24,790 nucleotides of DNA from a virus (taxonomy: Duplodnaviria; Heunggongvirae; Uroviricota; Caudoviricetes): IMG/VR virus record IMGVR_UViG_3300020582_000005; one strand, 5' to 3'. This document shows, piece after piece, positions 7,642 to 14,341 of this stretch (the stretch's first letter is position 1; every line of letters starts with the position of its first letter). A program made the position numbers and the translations under genes. Below the pieces are notes generated by a model. That model worked only from the letters and a program-made list of their open reading frames with translations. It ran no database searches and had not been told where the DNA came from.

Positions 7642-8324
7642 CATTAGACAAACACCATATAATACTTTACGGAGTGGCAATTTTATTTGCTCTTGGATTG
7701 ACTTACACAATTGAATCTAAAATAGCAGATAGAGCCGATCAAAAGTATCAAGATTTGAAAACACTATCTGATCAAAAAGACGCTACAAATGCACAATTTC
7801 AAAAGCAAATAACTGATCAAATGGCACAATTAGCCATGCAAAATTCACAATTGCAAGCTGAAAATACACAGCAAAATGCTATAGTTTCTAATTTGATAGC
7901 ACAGCTTAAAGCGAATAAAACAAAAGACGCTACGCTTCCACCGACAGACTTAGCTATGAGAATCCAAACGTTAGCTCCAGGTGGTACTGTGACAGTTCTA
8001 GCTGACGGCTACAAACTAGATCAGTCAGAGGCTGTTAGTGTCACTCAGGCTTTAGAGGAAGCTCCGATTTTGCAACAACAATACGATGCCGATCAAAAAG
8101 TTATAGACAATGATACGACTATCATTGAAAACGACGCAAAAACTTTAAACGGTGAAAAGCAATCTCATAAAAGTGATGTAGAAGCAATACAAGCTAAGCT
8201 CGACACAGCGAATCAAGAAATTAAAACAGTAAAAGATGACGCACGCAAGAGTAAATTCAAGTGGTTTATCGCTGGAGTTGTGACAGGTTTTACATTAGGT
8301 CGGATTCATAATCTAACATTCTGA
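7638..8324 (+). CDS. Membrane-anchored coiled-coil protein (spanin-like architecture possible)
   Basis: N-terminal hydrophobic helix (IILYGVAILFALGLTY), Gln-rich heptads, C-terminal KSKFKWFIAGVVTGFTLG; ATGA-coupled start at 7638. Confidence 0.65.
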   Translation: MTLDKHHIILYGVAILFALGLTYTIESKIADRADQKYQDLKTLSDQKDATNAQFQKQITDQMAQLAMQNSQLQAENTQQNAIVSNLIAQLKANKTKDATLPPTDLAMRIQTLAPGGTVTVLADGYKLDQSEAVSVTQALEEAPILQQQYDADQKVIDNDTTIIENDAKTLNGEKQSHKSDVEAIQAKLDTANQEIKTVKDDARKSKFKWFIAGVVTGFTLGRIHNLTF

Positions 8325-8800
8325 TGAAACGATGCACTCAGTGTGGTAAGAGAAAAGATGTTTCCGAATTTTATAATAGAAAAGCTGAGTGTAGAAAATG
8401 CAGTAATGCGAGGTCTGTTGAGTGGGCTAAGCAGCACAGAGAGCGAGCGACTAGGAACTCACGGAAGTGGAGGAAAAACAATCCAGAGAAAGTCAAAGAA
8501 ATAGTTAGGAGAAATCATCTAAAACGAAAGAAACTGTGTATTGTAAAATACGGTAAAAATGGTGGTTGTGTTTGTTGTGGCGAAAAAGAGATTAGTTTTC
8601 TTTCACTAGATCATATCAAAGACAACGGAGCGAAAGATAAAAGAAAGTATGGACCTGGAGAACGACTTCGTTATTGGATGATAATTAGAGATAAATTTCC
8701 AGAAGGGTTACAGACGTTGTGTTTTAATTGTCAGTGGGGAAAAAGAATTTATAAAGGATTCTGTCCGCATCATCCTAGGACAGACTTAAGGAAATCATGA
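8324..8800 (+). CDS. HNH-family endonuclease
   Basis: N-terminal CTQC..CRKC; YG..CVCCGE...FLSLDHI...LQTLCFNC. Confidence 0.8.
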   Translation: MKRCTQCGKRKDVSEFYNRKAECRKCSNARSVEWAKQHRERATRNSRKWRKNNPEKVKEIVRRNHLKRKKLCIVKYGKNGGCVCCGEKEISFLSLDHIKDNGAKDKRKYGPGERLRYWMIIRDKFPEGLQTLCFNCQWGKRIYKGFCPHHPRTDLRKS

Positions 8801-9537
8801 CTTCGTCACGTATAGTTTTTATCGATTTGGAAACGGCTCCGTCCTTGGGTTACGTTTGGGGAAAATGGGAGCAAAATGTTATAGAATTTGAAAAGGATTG
8901 GTATGTTTTGTCGGCGGCATACAAGAGAGCAGACGAAAAGAAGGTTCATGTTTTAGGATTAAATGATTTTCCAGAATACGCTGTGGATAAAGAGAATGAT
9001 AAACCTTTAATGCAGGCGCTGTGGAGCGTTTTAGATCAAGCAGATATCGTTATTGGACATAACTTGGATAATTTCGATGTGAAAAAAGCAAATGCTAGAT
9101 TTATTACTCATGGTATGCCACCTCCAAGCCCCTATCGAACATTAGATACTCTTAAGTTAGCTAGATCGGTTTTTAAATTTGACAGTAATAAATTAGACGA
9201 ATTGGGGAAGTACTTAGGTGTTGGTCGTAAGGTTCAACATACCGGGTTTAGTCTTTGGAAAGCTTGTATGTCAGGAGATGCTCAAGCTTGGAAGTTGATG
9301 AAAAAGTATAATGCTCAAGATGTTATTCTTCTTGAGAAAGTTTATAATCTCATGCGACCTTGGGCAAAAAGCCATCCTAATGTTAATCAAGGAGATTTAC
9401 AAGCGTGCCCAAAGTGTGGCTCTGCAAAAATTCAACGTCGTGGATTTAGTTATACACTACTGAGAAAGAAACAGCGGTATCAGTGTATGAGTTGTCTAGG
9501 CTGGCACTCAGGACCAGCTATTAAGGTGGATAAATAA
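8797..9537 (+). CDS. RNase H-fold DEDD 3'-5' exonuclease with C-terminal zinc ribbon
   Basis: IDLET, GHNLDNFD, KYNAQDV; CPKC...YQCMSC. Confidence 0.85.
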   Translation: MTSSRIVFIDLETAPSLGYVWGKWEQNVIEFEKDWYVLSAAYKRADEKKVHVLGLNDFPEYAVDKENDKPLMQALWSVLDQADIVIGHNLDNFDVKKANARFITHGMPPPSPYRTLDTLKLARSVFKFDSNKLDELGKYLGVGRKVQHTGFSLWKACMSGDAQAWKLMKKYNAQDVILLEKVYNLMRPWAKSHPNVNQGDLQACPKCGSAKIQRRGFSYTLLRKKQRYQCMSCLGWHSGPAIKVDK

Positions 9538-10092
9538 ATGTTACTTTTAGCTTTTGGTCACAAAGCTCGACAAGGTAAGGATACTGCTGGTCAGGGTGTA
9601 TTTGATTATTACGAAAAGAAGCGTCAGTTGGCGTTACGGCATGGTTTGCGAGTCATTCCGAGCGTAGGTATCTATCGTTTTGCCGAAGCGCTGTATGAAG
9701 AGGCACGACGTGATTACGGCATGACTGAGAAGGATGCTCCGTTGCTTCAGCGAATCGGTTCAGAGCGTCGAGCACAGGACCCGGAGTATTGGGTTAAGAA
9801 AGTATTTGAGAAGATCGCTTATGATAAGCCTCATATCGCCGTCATTACTGATTGTCGATATCAAAATGAAGTTGCAGCGGTTAAGAAATTTGGTGGATAT
9901 ACCGTCAAAGTTGAACGGTTGAACGAGAATGGTACTCTTTATTTGGCTACGGATCGTCCAGCAAATCATCAATCCGAAATCGATCTAGACAACTACAATT
10001 TCGATTATTACATTCGAGCAAAGACAGGCCAAGTAGCTTGGGTAGAACAGCAAGCAATTACATTAGCCGAAATGCTTAGAGGATTGAAGTAA
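9538..10092 (+). CDS. Deoxynucleoside monophosphate kinase
   Basis: GHKARQGKDT P-loop, LLQRIGSERR, ITDCRYQNE, HQSE..LD. Confidence 0.85.
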   Translation: MLLLAFGHKARQGKDTAGQGVFDYYEKKRQLALRHGLRVIPSVGIYRFAEALYEEARRDYGMTEKDAPLLQRIGSERRAQDPEYWVKKVFEKIAYDKPHIAVITDCRYQNEVAAVKKFGGYTVKVERLNENGTLYLATDRPANHQSEIDLDNYNFDYYIRAKTGQVAWVEQQAITLAEMLRGLK

Positions 10093-10093
10093 A

Positions 10094-10543
10094 ATGTCAA
10101 AACCTTTTAAAGAATTGCTTGAGAAAATGTCTCCTGAAGCTCAGCAGATGGTTAAAGAAAGAGTGGAGCAAATTAAAGAGGAGATGCTGTTTATAGAGGA
10201 ATTTAAGCGGCAGCAAGAAATTAATTACAAAATTAACGATGAACACGGTTTTGAAGATTTGTCTAGGGCAGCAAAGGGAACCGAGTATGAGATGGATAAT
10301 CTCGGTTTAAAGATCGCTCTGATACATAGCGAATTATCTGAAGCGCTGGAATCGTTCCGTCATGGTGATCCGGCAAGCGATCACATACCTGAGTTTACTG
10401 GTGCCGAAGAAGAGTTTGCCGATGTGATTATCAGAATTATGAATATCGCACAGGGCAGAGGATTGCGAGTAGCAGAAGCGCTGATAGCAAAGCAGGCATT
10501 TAATAATTCTAGAGAATATAGACACGGGGGAAAGAAATTCTGA
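10094..10543 (+). CDS. MazG-like (all-alpha) NTP pyrophosphohydrolase with extra N-terminal arm
   Basis: KIALIHSELSEALE...EEEFADVIIRI motif and C-terminal N..REYRHGGKKF. Confidence 0.85.
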   Translation: MSKPFKELLEKMSPEAQQMVKERVEQIKEEMLFIEEFKRQQEINYKINDEHGFEDLSRAAKGTEYEMDNLGLKIALIHSELSEALESFRHGDPASDHIPEFTGAEEEFADVIIRIMNIAQGRGLRVAEALIAKQAFNNSREYRHGGKKF

Positions 10544-10794
10544 TGAGAACTGAATACCATGTAGTTTTAAATCATGTTGGAAATCGTATTACAGTTTTTA
10601 GTCCGGGCGAGGGTCCTTCGGCATGGGACCCTAGTGGAGAGATTTGGGGAGTCGCTCGAACTTACGAAGTTGTCACAGATTCGTTTACCAAAACTCAAGA
10701 ATTGGTTCCGTTAGGAGAAGGTGTTCAAGTCTCTACTAGAGTTATGAAACAGAGATTTCCCAAGGAATTTGAATTAGATGCCCAAAAAGCTTAA
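10543..10794 (+). CDS. Hypothetical protein
   Basis: TGATG coupling. Confidence 0.6.
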   Translation: MRTEYHVVLNHVGNRITVFSPGEGPSAWDPSGEIWGVARTYEVVTDSFTKTQELVPLGEGVQVSTRVMKQRFPKEFELDAQKA

Positions 10795-11185
10795 AGTTTA
10801 TCTGGCAGCAGCTATTCATCGACGAGATGAAATGAAAATGGTCATCTCTGAAATAGAGCATCTGGCTGAAGTAACTAGTCGATGGGTCAGTGCTTCTCCA
10901 GTTGCTGGTGATTTGAATGAACATAGAAAGTTGTGGGCTAAGCGTGACTTGGCAGATGTTCGTAGAGCAGATGTTTTAGTAAGATTCACCGACGATTTAG
11001 ATCGAAAAACTGTCCCGGCTAAACTTGCCACAGGCTCTAGAATGGTTGAGATGGGAATCGCTTTAGAACGAAAGATGAGAGTGGTTGTAGTTGGTGGGTA
11101 TCAATGTATTTTTGATTATCTACCAGAAGTAATTCATTTGAAAAATGTAGTTGAGTTGAGAGTTTATTTGAGTGGTTTACAATAA
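10778..11185 (+). CDS. Nucleoside 2-deoxyribosyltransferase-like protein (NDT/Rcl fold) 1
   Basis: KVYLAA, RDLADVRRADV, GSRMVEMGIA (catalytic Glu context). Confidence 0.75.
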   Translation: MPKKLKVYLAAAIHRRDEMKMVISEIEHLAEVTSRWVSASPVAGDLNEHRKLWAKRDLADVRRADVLVRFTDDLDRKTVPAKLATGSRMVEMGIALERKMRVVVVGGYQCIFDYLPEVIHLKNVVELRVYLSGLQ

Positions 11186-11194
11186 GGAGACAAT

Positions 11195-11566
11195 ATGGGA
11201 ATTGTAGATAATACGTATCGAACTTTGACTTGTGGCAAATGTGATAAAACTCTGACATTTAACATTCAGGAATTTCAAACTCCCGAAGGTCAGAAAAAGA
11301 CGTTAGAAGAGGCTCCGTGGCTTCGTACATATCGTGTCTTGAATACTGTTCTTGACGGACGAGTCTTTGGATATTGTTCTGATGAATGCACCCTCCGAGG
11401 GATTGAATCAGGTGAAGTGAATCCAGTAGAGAAGAAAGTTATAGAGTTTCCTACCGGAGGCAATCTTCAAGCCATTAAGCGAGCAGCAGCAGAAGCAGCG
11501 GCTAAGGCTGAAGGGACTCGGCAATTGAAAGAGGGACAACCAGTTAATATTGTACCAGGATCGTGA
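11195..11566 (+). CDS. Hypothetical protein with CxxC...CSDEC zinc motif
   Basis: AAGGAG RBS; CGKC and YCSDEC. Confidence 0.7.
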   Translation: MGIVDNTYRTLTCGKCDKTLTFNIQEFQTPEGQKKTLEEAPWLRTYRVLNTVLDGRVFGYCSDECTLRGIESGEVNPVEKKVIEFPTGGNLQAIKRAAAEAAAKAEGTRQLKEGQPVNIVPGS

Positions 11567-11940
11567 TGACAGACCATTTGATCACATTTTACGGGCATGT
11601 AATTAAGGCGAAGCGGCTGGAACTAGATTTGCCTGAAGTAGTTTGGTTCAACAAGATCGTCCGGGTTCAAAATAAAGAACAGCTTGAACTAGAGATCAAT
11701 AAAGAAGCCGCCGTTATTATCATCAGGCAGCGGGGAATGGTCGTGACTAAGAATCAAGACCCCGGTCATGTGCAGGCTGGTGATGACGCAAGTTTTGAAA
11801 ATCGTATGTTTGTTCCAATGGAGATGTTTGGTTTCATAGATTGTGAAGTAAAGGATATCACCGGAGAGACGCCAAATTTTGAAGATGGCGTCACGTTTGT
11901 CGGTAACGGTTTAGAGAAGAAAGAATTGAAGGAGAACTAA
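11563..11940 (+). CDS. Hypothetical protein
   Basis: GTGA overlap; 125 aa. Confidence 0.65.
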   Translation: MMTDHLITFYGHVIKAKRLELDLPEVVWFNKIVRVQNKEQLELEINKEAAVIIIRQRGMVVTKNQDPGHVQAGDDASFENRMFVPMEMFGFIDCEVKDITGETPNFEDGVTFVGNGLEKKELKEN

Positions 11941-12125
11941 TGGTAAAGACAAGATTCAGTGTAGGTGATGTTGTTCAATTGAATAGCGGTGGTCCGAAGA
12001 TGACGGTTGTGGATGTTCAAGCACTTTCTGTGACATCTACGGCTAGTTATAGAACAGCGTGGTTTGATGAAGGTCGAGCGGTAGCATCTAATTTTCCCGA
12101 AGGTGCTTTGAAGAAAGGTAAATAA
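11940..12125 (+). CDS. YodC/DUF2158-family small protein
   Basis: FSVGDVVQLNSGGPKMTV...WFD...FPEGAL is characteristic; AAGGAG RBS. Confidence 0.85.
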   Translation: MVKTRFSVGDVVQLNSGGPKMTVVDVQALSVTSTASYRTAWFDEGRAVASNFPEGALKKGK

Positions 12126-12126
12126 A

Positions 12127-12339
12127 ATGGCGACAGTCTATCAGTGTGATCGTTGTAGTAAACAACAAGATGTTCGTCTATATGAATTACAGTTAGACGA
12201 TACAGAGTATGATAATTTGGCGGAACGACTTTGCGATTCGCAAAAGCCACTTCATCAAAGTTTGTGTATAGATTGCACCAAAGATTTAGGTGAATGGCAG
12301 CGTAATCCGAAAAAGAAATATAAGGTTCAGTTAGTATGA
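12127..12339 (+). CDS. Hypothetical zinc-finger protein
   Basis: YQCDRC...LCIDC; AAGGT RBS. Confidence 0.65.
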   Translation: MATVYQCDRCSKQQDVRLYELQLDDTEYDNLAERLCDSQKPLHQSLCIDCTKDLGEWQRNPKKKYKVQLV

Positions 12340-13058
12340 TTTGGCTTTCATTCGACGTAGAAACAACTGGTTTGGATGTAAACAATGATCGTGTCATTGA
12401 AGTAGGAGCGATCCTCTATTCGACAGGCCAGCATAAAGCGTTAGAGTCAGCTGGATTTCTGGTTAAATCAGACGTAGCGATTCCAAAAGAAGTTACCGAT
12501 ATTACCGGTATTCATCAGATAGCAGTAGATAAATTTGGTTTTGATTCATCAGCAGGATTAGAGAATGTTTTAGCTATGCTCGAATTGTCGGATGCGGTGA
12601 TTGGGCACAATATTAAAAGATTTGATAAGCGGGTTCTCGAATCGTGGTGCATCAGAGAGAAGCATTTATTGGGAAGCAAATTAATCATCGATACGATGAC
12701 CGATCTTCCGCAAGAGGGAAAGAAGTTAGGCTATATGGCTCTAGAGGCTCCTAGACCGTTCATTAATCCGTTTCCACACTCGGCATTCGCTGATGCTTTG
12801 ACAGTTATTTGTCTTGCGGATCAGTACGACACAGATTTGATTGTCAAACGAGCTAAGTCTCCGACGTTAGTTGTCCAAAGTCATCAGGCTCGTAATGCAA
12901 ATGATGACGCAAAGAAGTTTAAATTTCGTTGGAATCCCGACAGGAAAATGTGGTGGAAGGCGATCAAGGCAATTGATTTTGAAGCATTCCAGAAACAGGG
13001 ACTTCCGTTTGATATTTCAGTCCGAGAAGATTTGCACGCAGAAGATTTATTTGATTGA
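12336..13058 (+). CDS. DnaQ-like DEDDh 3'-5' exonuclease with C-terminal DUF5710-like module
   Basis: FDVETTG, GHNIKRFD, HSAFAD; C-terminal AKKFKFRWNPDRKMWWK. Confidence 0.9.
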   Translation: MIWLSFDVETTGLDVNNDRVIEVGAILYSTGQHKALESAGFLVKSDVAIPKEVTDITGIHQIAVDKFGFDSSAGLENVLAMLELSDAVIGHNIKRFDKRVLESWCIREKHLLGSKLIIDTMTDLPQEGKKLGYMALEAPRPFINPFPHSAFADALTVICLADQYDTDLIVKRAKSPTLVVQSHQARNANDDAKKFKFRWNPDRKMWWKAIKAIDFEAFQKQGLPFDISVREDLHAEDLFD

Positions 13059-13107
13059 GTTTCAACCTTAATCGGTTGATTGTAGAAGTACCTAACAGGA
13101 GAAAAGT

Positions 13108-13647
13108 ATGATTATTGAGAAAAATAGTGGAAACTTTGAAAATCCTAAATCAGGAGCATACGTGGGTATCGTAGCAGACGTGGCGGAATTACTAAATGTC
13201 CCGACACGTTTCGGTCCTAAGAACAAAGTTCGTATCATCTGGATTTTGGATCAGAAGGATTCAACAGGTAAGCCGTATCGTGTCATGGAGCAAGTAAATG
13301 CCTCAATTAACGAGAAGGCTAGACTGTTTGAAATCGCAAAGGGTGTCCTAGGCGCTCCCCCAAACGCTAAGTCTTTCGATACAGAGAGTTTGATGGGACG
13401 GTCTAACCAGTTGTTTATCGTTGTAGAACGTGGTGAGGATGGAAAAGACTATGCTCATGTGAAGGGGATTTTGCCTCTTCCTCAGGGCGCAGCTGTACCA
13501 GTAGTTCCGGCTGAATTTGTTCGAAGCAAGGATAAGAAGCCGTTTACTCCTGGCGCAGGTAACGGTTCAGCATCGGTGCAGACTAATCCTGCAGCGACTG
13601 CGCAGCCTACACAGGCAACAACGCCTACTTCTAACGTTCAGTTCTAG
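13108..13647 (+). CDS. Putative single-stranded DNA-binding / replication protein
   Basis: AGGAG RBS; beta-rich core (GAYVG...KVRIIW...SINEKARL), Pro/Ala/Thr-rich linker ending in Phe; located at the head of the replication module. Confidence 0.6.
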   Translation: MIIEKNSGNFENPKSGAYVGIVADVAELLNVPTRFGPKNKVRIIWILDQKDSTGKPYRVMEQVNASINEKARLFEIAKGVLGAPPNAKSFDTESLMGRSNQLFIVVERGEDGKDYAHVKGILPLPQGAAVPVVPAEFVRSKDKKPFTPGAGNGSASVQTNPAATAQPTQATTPTSNVQF

Positions 13648-13679
13648 AACTTCCCGGCCTGACGGTGAAAGCCAACCGA

Positions 13680-13717
13680 AAATAAGGCTTGACAGGCCAC
13701 GCAGAGCGTGGTATTCT
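13680..13717 (+). promoter_or_regulatory. Sigma70-type promoter with conserved upstream motif
   Basis: AAATAAGGC-TTGACA (13689-13694), 17 bp, TGg-TATTCT (13712-13717). Confidence 0.8.
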
Positions 13718-13733
13718 CACATCTGGAGAAATT

Positions 13734-14327
13734 GTGATTATAAATTCAAACGAATCCTTCGCATCAAAACCCTTTGAAGAACGGTTACGATTGGGTAAGT
13801 TATGCGAGGCTCAGATGTTTGAAAATCTTAAGAGCATCGGCTATTACCTTAAACCTGCCACTAAGCATGAAGATATAGAACTTAAAATTGATGGCTATCT
13901 GAGTAATGATCAGCATCTTTATATTCCGTTTCAATCTAAGTATCGTCAAACAGGTATCGATATCGGTTTAGATGTTTGGGAACCTTGGTTCGGTCCGAAT
14001 GATCCCCGCAATGGAGTAGGCCGAGATTATAAAAGCAAAGCTGAGTTATATGTTACTCAGGTGAATGATCAGCTTTACGTGATGCATAGAACAGGTTTGC
14101 ATTTGATTGTTGACCAGACGTTTTACGAATGGAAAAATCATAATCATAAATTTCATTTTGGTGATGGCATTAGTAGAGGTACTTTCAACCCGAGCATTCA
14201 AGGCGTTCAGCTAAAATTAAAAGTCGATGAATCTAATCGTAAAACTAAAATCATCGTCTATATTTCGCCTACCTCTGTGGATGAAAATTACCGCTTAGTA
14301 CGTACCGTCAAACCAATCATTATCTAA
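13734..14327 (+). CDS. Putative PD-(D/E)XK-fold nuclease
   Basis: G..CEAQM...G...ATKHED...IDG...FQSKYR (D...QxK); GGAG 5 nt before GTG 13734. Confidence 0.5.
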   Translation: MIINSNESFASKPFEERLRLGKLCEAQMFENLKSIGYYLKPATKHEDIELKIDGYLSNDQHLYIPFQSKYRQTGIDIGLDVWEPWFGPNDPRNGVGRDYKSKAELYVTQVNDQLYVMHRTGLHLIVDQTFYEWKNHNHKFHFGDGISRGTFNPSIQGVQLKLKVDESNRKTKIIVYISPTSVDENYRLVRTVKPIII

Positions 14328-14341
14328 CTTTAGGACCGTGA

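Noticed and set aside
7638-8324. Embedded o-spanin (Rz1-like) in an alternative frame
   Set aside because: No lipobox-bearing ORF was found in the other frames by eye.
13648-13680. Hammerhead-like CTGACG...GAAA after the SSB gene
   Set aside because: Lacks CUGAnGA and stem II; only a 3-bp GGT-GAAA-GCC hairpin is supportable.
4157-13733. ORF-track starts at 4157, 5420 and 13689
   Set aside because: These TTG/ATG codons lie within promoter -35 or -10 boxes; RBS-supported starts are 4205, 5495 and 13734.
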